From the NCBI GenBank assembly GCA_963767925.1, contig CAVYGB010000008.1, forward strand, positions 384,001 through 448,000: DNA of 64,000 nt, in the 5' to 3' direction. Below the pieces are notes generated by a model, which ran no database searches, was not told the origin of the DNA, and was given only the letters and a program-made list of their open reading frames with translations. Positions 53,585 to 64,000 of this stretch are shown in pieces. The translations under genes and the position numbers were made by a program. Origin of the DNA: an uncultured delta proteobacterium (lineage in GTDB: Bacteria > Myxococcota_A > Polyangia > Fen-1088). Position 1 is the stretch's first letter. Every line of letters starts with the position of its first letter.

Positions 53585-55130
53585 CTACATCACGGCGCCG
53601 AGCGGCCAGGGGGCGAACTCCGCCTCGCCGAAGCCCAGGGCCTCGCTGTGAGAGGGTTCGCCCGAGGCCACCCGCAAGATGAGGTCGAAGATCCGCTGGC
53701 CGCAGGCCTGCACCGACTCGCTCCCGTCGGTGATGGTGCCGCAGTTGATGTCCATGTCCTCGCCCATGCGCCGGAAGAGCATGCTGTTGGTGGCGAGCTT
53801 GATCGAGGGGGAGGGGACGCAGCCGAACACCGAGCCCCGGCCGGTGGTGAAGCAGATGAGGTTGGCCCCTCCGGCCACCTGGCCGGTGGCCGACACCGGA
53901 TCGAAGCCGGGCGTGTCCATGAACACGAAGCCGCGGGCCGCCACCGTCTCGGCGTAGCGGTACACGTCGACGAGGTTGGTCGCGCCCGCCTTGGCGGCGG
54001 CGCCGAGCGACTTCTCCAGGATCGTGGTGATCCCGCCCGCCTTGTTGCCGGCCGAGGGGTTGTCATCGAGGGTGCCGCCGTGTTTCCGGGCGTATTCTTT
54101 CCACCACTCGAACAGGGCGAGCAACTTTTCCCCGACCTCGCGGCTGACCGCCCGGCGGGTGAGCAGGTGCTCGGCCCCGAAGGTCTCGGGGGTCTCCGAG
54201 AGGATGACGGTGCCGCCGTTGCGCACCAGCAGGTCGGAGGCCACCCCCAGCGCCGGGTTGGCGGTGATGCCGGAGTAGCCATCCGAGCCCCCACACTGCA
54301 GCCCCACCCGCAGGTGGGCGGCGGGCACGGGCTGGCGGCGCACCCGGTTCGCGTCGGGCAACATCTCCCGCACCATGGCCACCCCCCGCTCGACGCTCTT
54401 GCGGGTGCCGCCGGTGTCCTGGATGGTGTAGGTGCGCAGCCGATCGCCGACCTGCAGCTTCTGCGAGCGCACCACCGGGCCGATCTGGTTGGACTCGCAG
54501 CCGAGGCCCACCATGAACACCGAGGCGAAGTTGGGGTGGCGGGCGTAGCCCCCCAGGGTGCGGCGGAGGACGTCCATCCCTTCCCCTTCGCCGGCCATCC
54601 CGCAGCCGGTCTTGTGGGTGAGGGCGACGACGCCGTCGACGTTGGGGTAGTCGGCTCAGCGGGTTCTCGCCCGTGAGCGGGTTGGCGCGGAAGGCGTCGG
54701 CGATGTAGCGGGCCACCGTGGCCGAGCAGTTGACCGAGGTGAGGACGCCGAGGTAGTTGCGGGTGGCCACCTGCCCGTCGTCGCGCACGATCCCCTGGAA
54801 GGTGGCCGCCGGCTCGATCGGCTCGGTCGGGCGGGCCAGCGTGGAAAACTCGTAGCTTCGGTTGAACGCGCGCAGCTCGACGTTGTGGCCGTGCACGTGC
54901 TCGCCGGGGGTGATGGCCGCGCTGGCGAAGCCGATGATCTGGCCGTAGCGCAAGATGGGCTCGCCGGCGGGGATGTTCCGGGTGGCCAGCTTGTGCCCGG
55001 CGGGCACGGGCGCGTTCACCGTCACCCCCTCGGAGGTGATGGTCGTGCCGGGCACCAGCGGGCACTGGGCGATGACCACGTTGTCGTCGGCGTTCAGCCG
55101 CAGCGTGAGGGGAGGCGCGTCAGTGGCCAT
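53585..55130 (-). CDS. uxaA: Altronate/galactarate dehydratase (UxaA family); frameshift near 54655
   Basis: SAF domain (DNVVIA, PAGHKLA, HVHGHN), TRNYLGV, GLGCE, LQCGGSD, NPSAGNKAGG, FTTGRG. Confidence 0.93.
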
Positions 55131-55163
55131 GCGGCACAAACATAACCGAGTTGGCCGGTCGTT

Positions 55164-56375
55164 TCAGGGGCGCTCTCGCCGCAGCTCCGAGGGGCGGGGC
55201 GGGGCGCCCTGCGGCTCGTCCCCGTCCAGCGCGGCCACGTCGGCGGTGACCACGGCCTGCCGCCCGAAGCGGTCCGCGATGCGATCCAGCGCGGCGTTGA
55301 GCCGGTCGGCCCGGCTCGCCGCCGGGGAGAACAGGGAGAGCTGCGCCTCCTGCACGACGATGCCGTGGGCGGAGACGCCGGTCAGGCGGACGCGCTGCCG
55401 CAGCTCGATCCGGCCGAGCAGCTCCGCCGCGGCCCGGTACAGGCTCTGGCTGTCGTCGGTGGGCTCGGGCAGGGTGGTCTGGCGCGTCAGCAGGCTGAAG
55501 TCCGAGAGCTTGAGCTTGAGCTGGACCACCCGGGCCTTGCAGCGCGCCCGGCGCATCCGGCGGCCCACCCGCAGGGCCTGGCCGTGGACGTGGGGCAGCA
55601 GCTCGCCGGCGCCGAGGTCCTCGTCGAAGGTGTCCTCGGCCCCGATGCTCTTGGCGGCCCGGTCGGGGACCACCGGCCGGGGATCGATCCCCTGGCTCAG
55701 CTCCCACAGGTGGCGGCTGCCGGGCAAGCGCCGCTCGAGCCACTCGGGATCGCGGGCGGCCAGATCGCCGATCGTCCGCAGGCCCAGCGGGTGGAGCTGG
55801 GCCAGCGTCTTGCTTCCCACGCCCCACAGGCGCTCGATCGGCAGCGGCGCCAGGAAGGCCCGGGTGCCGCCGGGGGGCACCTCGCGCTGCCCGTCGGGCT
55901 TGGCCAGGTCCGAGGCGATCTTGGCGGCGAACTTCACCGCGGCGATGCCCGCCGAGGCGGGCAAGCGCAGCTCGCGGGCGATGCGAGCCCGGATCTGCGT
56001 GGCGATGGCGGCGCCGTCGCCGAAGAGCTGGCGCGAGGCGGTGACGTCGAGGAAGGCCTCGTCGAGCGAGAGCGGCTCGTGCAGCGGGGTCACGCTCTCG
56101 AGGATGTCGAAGACCGCCTCGCTGGCCTGGGCGTAGGCCTCGAAGCGGGGGGGCACCACCTGGGCCTGGGGCGCGAGCCGCAGAGCCTCCGCCATCGGCA
56201 TCGCGCTCCGGACGCCGAGGGGCCGGACCTCGTAGGAGGCGGCCAGGACCACGCCGCGGCGGGGGTGTCCGCCCACGATGACCGGGCGGCCCCGCAGATC
56301 GGGCCGATCCCGCTGCTCGACCGACGCGTAGAAGGCGTCCATGTCGAGGTGGATGATCGTCCTGTCCGCCGCCAC
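55164..56375 (-). CDS. dinB: DNA polymerase IV (Y family)
   Basis: IIHLDMDAFYASVEQRD, AASYE, SLDEAFLD, KIASDLAKPDG, WGVG, KSIGAEDTF. Confidence 0.96.
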   Translation of the reverse strand: MAADRTIIHLDMDAFYASVEQRDRPDLRGRPVIVGGHPRRGVVLAASYEVRPLGVRSAMPMAEALRLAPQAQVVPPRFEAYAQASEAVFDILESVTPLHEPLSLDEAFLDVTASRQLFGDGAAIATQIRARIARELRLPASAGIAAVKFAAKIASDLAKPDGQREVPPGGTRAFLAPLPIERLWGVGSKTLAQLHPLGLRTIGDLAARDPEWLERRLPGSRHLWELSQGIDPRPVVPDRAAKSIGAEDTFDEDLGAGELLPHVHGQALRVGRRMRRARCKARVVQLKLKLSDFSLLTRQTTLPEPTDDSQSLYRAAAELLGRIELRQRVRLTGVSAHGIVVQEAQLSLFSPAASRADRLNAALDRIADRFGRQAVVTADVAALDGDEPQGAPPRPSELRRERP

Positions 56376-56492
56376 CCGGGGGAGTCTAGTGCAAACGTGC
56401 AACGACGGGCGGCGCGGCGTCCCGCGGTTGCCCCCGGGCCGATCCGGTCGACAGTAGCGATCGCCCCCGAGGTTCCGTAGACTCGGACGGTT

Positions 56493-57905
56493 GTGACGCG
56501 CCCGCTCAGATCGCCCTTGCCCGACCTGCCTCCCCCGACCCCCGCCGGGGCCGAGGAGCCCTGGTCGCCCGATAGCTGGAAGAAACGCACCCAGGCCCAG
56601 GCCGTCAGCTATCCCGACGCCAACGCCCTCGACACCGCGGTGGCGCGCCTGCGCGAGCTGCCGCCCCTGGTGACCTCCTGGGAGGTCGAGCGGCTGCGGA
56701 CGCTGGTGGCCGACGCCCAGACCGGCCGCCGCTTCCTGCTTCAGGGCGGGGACTGCGCCGAGACGCTGGCCGACTGCCAGCCCGACGTCATCGCCCGCAA
56801 GCTGAAGATCCTGCTGCAGATGTCGCTGGTGCTCATCCACGGCGGCAAGCAGCCGGTCATCCGGGTAGGCCGCTTCGCCGGGCAGTACGCCAAGCCCCGC
56901 TCGAACCCCACTCGAGGCCCGCGACGGCGTCTGCCTGCCAAGCTACTTCGGCGACCTGGTCAACCGGCTGGACTTCACCGCAGTCGGCGCGGGTGCCCGA
57001 CCCCGAGCTGCTCATCCAGGGGTACCTGCACGCGGGGCTCACCATCAACTTCGTGCGCTCGCTGACCGCGGGCGGCTTCGCCGACCTGCACCACCCCGAG
57101 TTCTGGGATCTCGCCCACCTGTCGCGCGCTGACATCTCGGTCGAGCTGCGGGAGGAGTACCAGCGCATGGTGCGCCAGCTCGGCGAGGCCCTCCGCTTCA
57201 TGGAGGCGCTCGGCGAGAGCACGGTCGACGACCTCACGCGGGTCGAGTTCTTCACCAGCCACGAGGGGCTGTCGCTGCACTACGAGGCGGCCCAGACCAA
57301 GCGGGTGCCCCGCCGCGAGGGGTATTACGACCTCACCACCCACTTGCCCTGGATCGGGGAGCGCACCCGGGCGCTCGACGGCGCCCACGTCGAGTTCTTC
57401 CGGGGCGTCCGCAACCCGGTGGGGGTGAAGATCGGGCCCGGGGCCAGCCCCGGCGAGCTGCTGGCCCTCATCGACCGGCTCAACCCGGGCAACGAGCCGG
57501 GCAAGCTGCTGCTGATCGCCCGCTGCGGAGCGGGCAAGGTGGCCAGCGCCTTGCCGCCGCTGATCGAGGCGGTCAAGCGCTTCCGGCCGGCACGTGCTCT
57601 GGGTCTGCGACCCCATGCACGGCAACGGCCGCGTCACCGGCGGCGGGATCAAGACCCGCGACTTCAACGACATCCTCAGCGAGGTGGAGGCGTCCTTCGA
57701 CATCCACGAGGCCGCCGGCACCCACCTGGGCGGCGTGCACTTCGAGCTGACCGGCGACGACGTCACCGAGTGCATCGGCGGCGGCCTGAGCGAGGCGGAT
57801 CTCGATCGCAACTACGCCAGCGCCTGCGACCCCCGCCTCAACTACCGCCAGGCCCTCGAGATGGCCTTCCGCATCGCCAAGCGGATGGGCCGCCGCCCGG
57901 GCTGA
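56493..57905 (+). CDS. Class II DAHP synthase; frameshifts about 56910-56990 and 57590
   Basis: LLQGGDCAE, GRFAGQYAKPRS, FTSHEGL, WIGERTR, NPVGVKIGP, CDPMHGN, CDPRLN. Confidence 0.95.
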
Positions 57906-57914
57906 GCGGGGGGC

Positions 57915-58334
57915 TCACTCGAGCAGCTTGAGGGGATCGCTGGCCGGCCGCTCGGCCTTGCCCTCTTTACCGTCCTTGCCGTCTTTGCCGTCCTTGGCCC
58001 CGGCCGGACCCTCCTTCTGGCGGGTGCGGAGGGCGGCCTTCTGGGCCTTCTCTTTCTCCCGAGCGGCCTTCACGGCGTCGGCGGCCATCTTCTTCTCGCG
58101 GGCGGCGATCCGGCGCAGCTCGGCGGCGGCCTCTCGCTCGGCTTGCTTCTCGCGCTTGGCCTCGCAGCCGACCGGCTCACATTCGCCCGGGCAGCCACAC
58201 TTCGAGATCCGGCGGGTGCACTTGCAGCCGGTCGCGTCCTGGTAACACCCGCAGGCGTTGGGCGTCTGGGCGCCGGCCGGACCGGACCAGAGCAGCAACA
58301 AGGCGGCGCAGACGAAACCGAAAAGGGTGCGCAT
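57915..58334 (-). CDS. Small secreted protein with an 8-Cys module and charged coiled coil
   Basis: Signal peptide ending AGA; ACGCYQDATGCKCTRRISKCGCPGECEPVGC followed by a Lys/Glu/Ala-rich helix. Confidence 0.75.
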   Translation of the reverse strand: MRTLFGFVCAALLLLWSGPAGAQTPNACGCYQDATGCKCTRRISKCGCPGECEPVGCEAKREKQAEREAAAELRRIAAREKKMAADAVKAAREKEKAQKAALRTRQKEGPAGAKDGKDGKDGKEGKAERPASDPLKLLE

Positions 58335-58446
58335 GAAGGAACTCCTGTCTCTTCCGGGAGGTCCTGCTATCGGACACCAAAGCGCGGATTCGCGCAACCG
58401 GCAGCGCCCTCGATGCTGTGCACCCGTGCCAGCGGGCGGCAGCGGA

Positions 58447-60642
58447 TCAGAGCAGGCCGCGCAGCAAGGCCCGCACCTCGCGCACCGAGGCGACGCGCAG
58501 GGCGGCGTGGGACTCGCCGGGGCCCACGTGAACCGCCCTGGCTCCGGGCGGCAGCGCCGCGAACAGGTCCTCGTCGGTCTGATCGTCCCCGAAGGCGAGG
58601 AGGAGGGCCCCCGGATGCCGCTCGAGGATGGGCGGCACGATGCGCCCCTTGTTCACGCCGTGCGCCCGCAGCTCGATGACCTTATCGCCCACCAGCACCT
58701 CCAGGGGCGTGTTGCCGAGGATCTCGGTCAGGTGTAGCCGCAGCTCGTTGGCCTGCACGGCGCCGTATTCGGGATCGGCAGCCCGGTAGTGCCAGGCCAG
58801 CCCGGCCGGCTTCTCCTCCACCAGCGACCCGGGGGTGCGGTCGGCGTATTCGCGCAGGATGGCGAACACCTGGTCTTGCCAGGCCAGCTTGGGCCCCTCG
58901 AGGGTGCGGCCGGGCTCGCCCGGGGCCCGCGACCAGAAGCCGTGTTCGGCGTGGAGCGTGACCGGCACCGACCCCAGCCAGCGGTCCAGGGTGCCGCGGG
59001 GTCGGCCGCTCACGACGTGCACCTCCGTGCGGGGGCGGGCGGCCAGCCGCTCGAGCAGGTGCAGGGCCTCGCGGTCGGGGCGGGCCAGCTCGGGGGTGGC
59101 GGCGAAGGGGACCAGGGTGCCGTCGTAGTCGATGAGCAGCACGAGGTAGGGGGCGGCCCGGGCCTCGTCGACCAGCCGGCGCAGCTCGGCCACCGCGGTG
59201 GGCTCGCGGTTGCGGGCGTTGCCCCGCTCGGGCTCGACCAGCCGCTGCAGGAAGGCCTGGGCCCAGCGCTGGACATCGTAGGAGAAGACCCGCCGCCGGA
59301 GGGCGCGCATGCGGGTCTGGCGCTCGTCGTCGGGCATGGTCAGCGCCCGGTAGTAGGCCTCGGCGCTGCCGGGCACGTCGTAGGGGTTGACGTGCACCGC
59401 CTCGGCCAGCTCGCTGGCCGCGCCCGCCATCTCGCTGAGCACGAGGACGCCACCTTCGTCGGTGCGGGTGGCCACGAACTCCTTGGCGACGAGGTTCATG
59501 CCGTCGCGGATGGGGGTCACCAGCATCACGTCGGCCGCCCGGTACAGGGCCACCACCTCTTCGCGGGGCAGACCCCGGTAGAGGTAGTGCACCGGCACCC
59601 AGCGCGGGGTGGCGAACTGCCCGTTGATGCGCCCGATCAGGGTGTCGACCTGGGAGCGAAACTCCTGGTAGCGCTCGACGTTTGTGCGCGAGGGGACCGC
59701 CACCTGAACCAGGCGGATGCGCTCGCGCAGCTCCGGGTGCTGGCGCAGCAGGTGCTCGTAGGCCAGCAGCCGGCGGGGGATCCCCTTCGTGTAGTCGAGG
59801 CGGTCCATGCCGACCAGCAGGAGGGGAGCCCCCTCGGACGGGCCGACCAGGCTGACCACCCGCGCGCGCACCTCCTCGGTCTCGGCCAGGCGGGCGAACT
59901 CGGCGGCGTCGACGCCCATCGGAAACACCCCCAGGCGAACCGAGCGGTTCTCCCAGCGCATGCGGTCCACGTCGATGGACACGCCGAGGAGGCGCAGCGC
60001 GGCCGCGGCGAAGTGGCGCATGTAGGCGGCGGTGTGAAAGCCGACCAGGTCGGCGCCCAGCAGCCCGGTGAGCAGGCGGTCGCGGAAGGGCAAGATCCGG
60101 AAGACGTCCGAGGCGGGGAAGGTGATGTGCAGGAAGAAGCCGATGCGGGCCTCGGGGATCCGCTCGCGGATCATCTGGGGCACCAGCATGAGCTGGTAGT
60201 CGTGCACCCAGATGAGGTCGCCGGGCTTGTAGCTCGCCACCGCCGCCTCGGCGAAGCGGCGGTTGACGGCTTCGTAGAGATCGAAGTCGGGCACCTCGAG
60301 GGGGAGCTGCCCGATCATGTAGTGGAGCGCGGGCCACAACACGCCGTTGCAGAACCGCTCGTAGTAGCGCTCGACCTCGTCGGCGCTGAGGGGGACCGGC
60401 ACCAGCGAGAGCTCCTTGCAGCGGGCCTCGAGCTGCTTCTCCTCCTCGGGGCTCAGCTCGCCGGTGGGCGCCCCCGACCAGCCCAGCCAGACGCTGCCCG
60501 ACCCGGCGTGGACCCCGCCGAGGCCGGTGGCCAGCCCGCCGGCGCTCGGCTGGATGCTCAGCGTGCCTCCCTCACGTGCCACCGACACGGGTAGCCGGTT
60601 GGAGACGATGAGCAGGCGAGCCATTTCAGCCTTTCGTATCAT
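58447..60642 (-). CDS. Bifunctional trehalose-6-phosphate synthase/phosphatase
   Basis: [36 protein letters not shown], followed by HAD motifs DYDGTL and GDDQTDED. The start may be ATG 60624. Confidence 0.97.
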   Translation of the reverse strand: MIRKAEMARLLIVSNRLPVSVAREGGTLSIQPSAGGLATGLGGVHAGSGSVWLGWSGAPTGELSPEEEKQLEARCKELSLVPVPLSADEVERYYERFCNGVLWPALHYMIGQLPLEVPDFDLYEAVNRRFAEAAVASYKPGDLIWVHDYQLMLVPQMIRERIPEARIGFFLHITFPASDVFRILPFRDRLLTGLLGADLVGFHTAAYMRHFAAAALRLLGVSIDVDRMRWENRSVRLGVFPMGVDAAEFARLAETEEVRARVVSLVGPSEGAPLLLVGMDRLDYTKGIPRRLLAYEHLLRQHPELRERIRLVQVAVPSRTNVERYQEFRSQVDTLIGRINGQFATPRWVPVHYLYRGLPREEVVALYRAADVMLVTPIRDGMNLVAKEFVATRTDEGGVLVLSEMAGAASELAEAVHVNPYDVPGSAEAYYRALTMPDDERQTRMRALRRRVFSYDVQRWAQAFLQRLVEPERGNARNREPTAVAELRRLVDEARAAPYLVLLIDYDGTLVPFAATPELARPDREALHLLERLAARPRTEVHVVSGRPRGTLDRWLGSVPVTLHAEHGFWSRAPGEPGRTLEGPKLAWQDQVFAILREYADRTPGSLVEEKPAGLAWHYRAADPEYGAVQANELRLHLTEILGNTPLEVLVGDKVIELRAHGVNKGRIVPPILERHPGALLLAFGDDQTDEDLFAALPPGARAVHVGPGESHAALRVASVREVRALLRGLL

Positions 60643-60843
60643 TCACGCTCCTGTCCGCCGAGGACAAGGACAAACCCGGGCCCGTGTCCCCGCTCACCCA
60701 TTCTCGCGTCGCCGCGCCCGCTCCAGGACTCCGAGGCTGTGCTGTAGCCCCGATTGTTTCCGCGCTGATTCAAAACGTGGTAGCAATCAGACCTGCTCCG
60801 GAAAGTGTCGCCGACGTACGGATCACGCAGGGAGGTCACGGCC

Positions 60844-62133
60844 ATGGGGACCAGCGAGGGTACGAAGCAGGGCTCCAGCGCGGTCCCGAGCCGGCGCCCC
60901 TCGGGGCGGCCGCTCTTCCGCTGCCTCCACCTCCTGCTGGGCCTGGCGCCGATCGGGCTGGGGTTGCCCGCCTGCGACGAGCCCGAGCCCACCGTCGTCG
61001 GAGAGGTCGACGCCGCCGCGCCCGACGGGCCCCGCGTCGACGGCGCCGGCGGATCCGACGGAGCGGGCACGGAGGCGGGCGAGGCGGGGCCCGTGACCAC
61101 CTCGTCCCTCACCATCTTGCACACCAACGATCTGCACGCGCACCTGTGGGGTCACTCCCCGGAGGCCGACTACACGCCGGCCACCTTGAACGATGATACC
61201 ACCGTCGGGGGCTTTGCCCGACTGGCGGCGGTGATCAAGGCCGAACGCGGCTCGGCCGGCGCCGATGTCCTGCTGCTCGACGGTGGCGACTTTCTGATGG
61301 GCACCCTGTTCCAGCTCGCGGGGACGAGCAAGGCGCCCGAGCTCAAGCTCATGCAGGCGCTGGGCTACGACGCGGCCACCATCGGGAACCACGAGTTCGA
61401 CTTCACGGCGGCCGGCCTGGCGGCGATCGTCGCCGCCGCCCGCGCCGAGGGGGTGACCTTCCCCCTGCTGGCGACGAACATGAAGCTCAGCACCACCGCC
61501 CCGGAGGACGACGGCCTGGCCGCCCTGTTCGGGGCGGACAGGCCCATCCGCAGCAAGCTGGTCAAGACCTTGCCCAACGGCCTCAAGGTCGGCCTGTTCG
61601 GCCTGCTGGGCGCGGAGGCGGCCCGCTTCGCCGCCGCCGCTCGCCCCGTCACCTTCGAGGCCATCGCCACCAGCGCCGCCGCCGCCGTGGCGGAGCTGCG
61701 CAACAGCGATGGGGTCGACCTGGTGATCGCGCTGTCCCAATACACCGCCTCCAACATCCTGTTTCAGCGGGTGACGGCGGCCCGCGTGATCAAGGAAGGG
61801 CAAGCGCCCCAGGCGGTCGACTTCAACAGCACCACCCGCTGCTACAAGGTCACCAGCACGCACTACCTGGCCGCCTTGCTCGGCGTGGTCAAGGACGTCA
61901 CCAACAACGCGCTCTCGGTGACCCCCAAGCTGGCCGACTGCCAGACGCCAGTGGGCGACCTGTTCACCCGCCGCATCGACGCCAATCCGGCGACCGCCGG
62001 GGTCCAGGAGCTCAAGCAGTACCAGGCGGTGCTGCAGTTCCTGACGACCCTCCCCGACAGCGACAGCGACACCGTCCCCAACCTCCCCGACCGCTACATG
62101 GCCTCGCAGCAGCGGTTGAAACGAACCCCCTAG
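60844..62133 (+). CDS. 5'-nucleotidase/metallophosphoesterase lipoprotein with an apparent large in-frame internal deletion
   Basis: LPAC lipobox; LHTNDLH, LDGGD, GNHEFD. After VDLVIALS the expected H...GHxH motifs are absent and the sequence jumps to a C-terminal-domain-like segment. Confidence 0.8.
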   Translation: MGTSEGTKQGSSAVPSRRPSGRPLFRCLHLLLGLAPIGLGLPACDEPEPTVVGEVDAAAPDGPRVDGAGGSDGAGTEAGEAGPVTTSSLTILHTNDLHAHLWGHSPEADYTPATLNDDTTVGGFARLAAVIKAERGSAGADVLLLDGGDFLMGTLFQLAGTSKAPELKLMQALGYDAATIGNHEFDFTAAGLAAIVAAARAEGVTFPLLATNMKLSTTAPEDDGLAALFGADRPIRSKLVKTLPNGLKVGLFGLLGAEAARFAAAARPVTFEAIATSAAAAVAELRNSDGVDLVIALSQYTASNILFQRVTAARVIKEGQAPQAVDFNSTTRCYKVTSTHYLAALLGVVKDVTNNALSVTPKLADCQTPVGDLFTRRIDANPATAGVQELKQYQAVLQFLTTLPDSDSDTVPNLPDRYMASQQRLKRTP

Positions 62134-62150
62134 CAGGAGACGCCTCAACG

Positions 62151-63485
62151 ATGCGGCCCGTTCTGGTTGCTGTCAGCTTCCTGGTCGCCTGCACCCCGGA
62201 CATCGGGACCGACCCGACCCCGGCGGTGATGGAGTTCGATCCCGCGGGCTCCCCGCCGCGGGTGTCCGAGCCCTCCTTCGCGGTCATCGACCGGGCGACG
62301 GGCCGGATCGACCTCGGGCTGGCGGGCGTCGACGTGCCCGACGACTGCGCCAGCCAGACCGCGATGCCCCGGGCGCAGTGCGAGCTCAACCAGTACCTGG
62401 AGTCGCTCGACGGCTTCCCCACGGTGACGCCCGGGCGGGCGCCGGTGAGCGCGGCGGTCGACCTGGCCACCGCGATGGTGCCGGGCAACGTCGCGGTGGT
62501 GGAGGCCACCAGCCAGCAGCGGATCGACGACCTGGGGGTCGGGTTCGACGCCACCGGGCGCTATCTGCAGGTGGCGGCGAGCAGGAGCTGGCCGGTGGGC
62601 GGCTTCGTCTGGATGGGGGTTCGCGGTTACACGGGCGGCATCCGGGCGGGGGGGCAGCCGGTGGTGGCCTCGGTGGTCTACAACCTGCTCAAGCGGGAGC
62701 GCGAGGGGGACGGGCCCGAGGCGGTGCTGACCTGCGGCGCCGCCAGCCCGCAGGCCATCGACGCGACCTGCGCTTACCTCGGGCTGCTGAGTCAGCAGAT
62801 GAGCGTCGAGGCGGCGCGGGCCTCGCTGGTCCGACTGGAGGGGCTGCGCCAGGCCATGCTCACCCTGCGCGCCTGGGAGCTCATGGAGACAATCGGCGGG
62901 ATCCCCAAGGCGGAGGTGGCGATGCTCTGGGGGTTCCCGGTGCAGAAGGGGCCGGTCATCGAGCTAAACCCCCGGGCCGGGCTGCAGCCGCAGGTGGCGG
63001 CCGCCGACGAGATGCGGCTGCCGGTCAACGGCGCGATCGATCCCGCCACCGTACGAGCCTTTCGCATTGGCAACCCGGGCACGGTCTACTTCGTCAACCT
63101 GACCGCGCTGGCGGCGGGCGATCTGCCGGGGGGCTTTCCCGCGGTCACGGCGAGCGCGAGCGCCGGCAGCATCGTCATCAAGGGCGCCAGCGCCTTCGAG
63201 CGCGGCAAGATCTACGGCATCATCGTCACCCGGGGGGTCAAGGCGGACGGGGGCAAGGCGCTGGTCCCCCCGCCCATATCGGTCCTGCTCATGGCCCGGG
63301 GCAGCCTCATGGGCGGTGACGGGCGGAGCACGGTCAGCAGCGTGAGCGACCAGGATGCCATCCAGCTCGAGGTCGGCCGGGTCCAGCTCGCCGCTCTGCT
63401 CGACAACGCCACCTTCGTCGGGGTCACCGGGCTCCGGCGCGAGGACATCGCCTACCTCTTTGCCTTTCCCCTGGTGACGCCATGA
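62151..63485 (+). CDS. Hypothetical lipoprotein
   Basis: RBS AGGAG, lipobox LVAC and a YLESLDGFP motif; in an apparent operon with a FadL-like gene. Confidence 0.8.
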   Translation: MRPVLVAVSFLVACTPDIGTDPTPAVMEFDPAGSPPRVSEPSFAVIDRATGRIDLGLAGVDVPDDCASQTAMPRAQCELNQYLESLDGFPTVTPGRAPVSAAVDLATAMVPGNVAVVEATSQQRIDDLGVGFDATGRYLQVAASRSWPVGGFVWMGVRGYTGGIRAGGQPVVASVVYNLLKREREGDGPEAVLTCGAASPQAIDATCAYLGLLSQQMSVEAARASLVRLEGLRQAMLTLRAWELMETIGGIPKAEVAMLWGFPVQKGPVIELNPRAGLQPQVAAADEMRLPVNGAIDPATVRAFRIGNPGTVYFVNLTALAAGDLPGGFPAVTASASAGSIVIKGASAFERGKIYGIIVTRGVKADGGKALVPPPISVLLMARGSLMGGDGRSTVSSVSDQDAIQLEVGRVQLAALLDNATFVGVTGLRREDIAYLFAFPLVTP

Positions 63486-64000
63486 AGCGCGAGCGCACTC
63501 CGACCGGCCCCGGCTACGCCCTCCTGATCCCGGTCCTGGCGCTGCTCGCCGGTCCGGGGGTGGCGCGGGCGGGAGGCTTTCTCATCTACGATCTCAGCGC
63601 CGAGGCGCTGGCCAAGGGCTCGGCCGTCTCGGCCAGCACGGCCGAGCCGGCGGCGGTGTTCTTCAATCCGGCGGCGCTGGCCTACCAGGGGCACGGCGTC
63701 TCGCTGAGCGGGGTGGGGGTGCTGGCCCGCAGCCGCTTCGAGCCGGCCGACGGCCGCCCCGAGGTGAAGACCAACCCCGGGCGCTTCCTGCTGCCGACGC
63801 TGTTCGCCACCGTCCGGGCCCACGAGCGGGTGGCTCTGGGCCTCGGTGTCTTCCCGGCCTTCGGCCTCTCGGTGAGCTGGCCCGCGGACTGGCTGGGCGC
63901 CGAGCACACAATCAAGGCCTCGATCCAGACTGTCACCGTCAACCCCACGGTCTCGGTGGCGCTGGCGCCCCAGCTCAGCCTCGGTGCCGGCCTGCAGGCC
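63482..64000 (+). CDS. fadL: OmpP1/FadL family outer-membrane transporter (runs off the window end)
   Basis: Open frame from ATG 63482: signal ending ARA, then GGFLIYDLSAEALAKGSAVSA...AVFFNPAAL and PAFGLSVSWP..W.G. Confidence 0.88.
   Translation, partial: MKRERTPTGPGYALLIPVLALLAGPGVARAGGFLIYDLSAEALAKGSAVSASTAEPAAVFFNPAALAYQGHGVSLSGVGVLARSRFEPADGRPEVKTNPGRFLLPTLFATVRAHERVALGLGVFPAFGLSVSWPADWLGAEHTIKASIQTVTVNPTVSVALAPQLSLGAGLQA

Noticed and set aside
58447..60642. TPS-TPP fusion as a novelty
   Set aside because: Fused trehalose-6-phosphate synthase/phosphatase is already known in bacteria and archaea.

Overview
This is a high-GC bacterial chromosomal window. Gene content and style point to Myxococcota (inference): Cys-rich repeat proteins, sigma-54 regulators, a small Cys/His 'vegetative protein'-like gene before murA-hisG, and a Myxococcus-type LexA box. 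About 49 genes are recognisable. Housekeeping and metabolism: murA, short hisG, ABC-F, ppx plus CHAD, lipB, mtnA, uxaA, class II DAHP synthase, fused trehalose-6-P synthase/phosphatase, bcp. Mutagenic polymerases: dnaE2 with an SOS box, and dinB. Signalling: an NtrC-type regulator, a sensorless histidine kinase, a response regulator, a GGDEF protein and a REC-HTH protein lacking AAA+. Transport: SSS, MFS, OPT, ABC-2, a porin and FadL. I saw no rRNA, tRNA, IS, prophage or CRISPR-Cas. Many conserved genes carry single-base frameshifts, clustered in patches, which are most likely consensus errors rather than pseudogenes. The most interesting items are: (1) an exported protein with 23 tandem NLGG(S) pentapeptides, an unrecognised central domain, twin Cys modules, a CBM35-like and a chitin-binding-like module, preceded by about 1 kb of non-coding DNA holding a degenerate ~60-bp repeat array and an AT-rich palindromic box; (2) a plant/fungal-type class III GH18 chitinase lipoprotein interrupted at a G9 tract, which with the GH20/SSS genes suggests a dispersed chitin or fungal-prey system; (3) recurrent TANNNT boxes just upstream of start codons, suggesting leaderless mRNAs; (4) several domain-deletion scars; (5) a candidate structured RNA at 27.4-27.5 kb. 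All family assignments come from motif recognition by eye; no database search was run.
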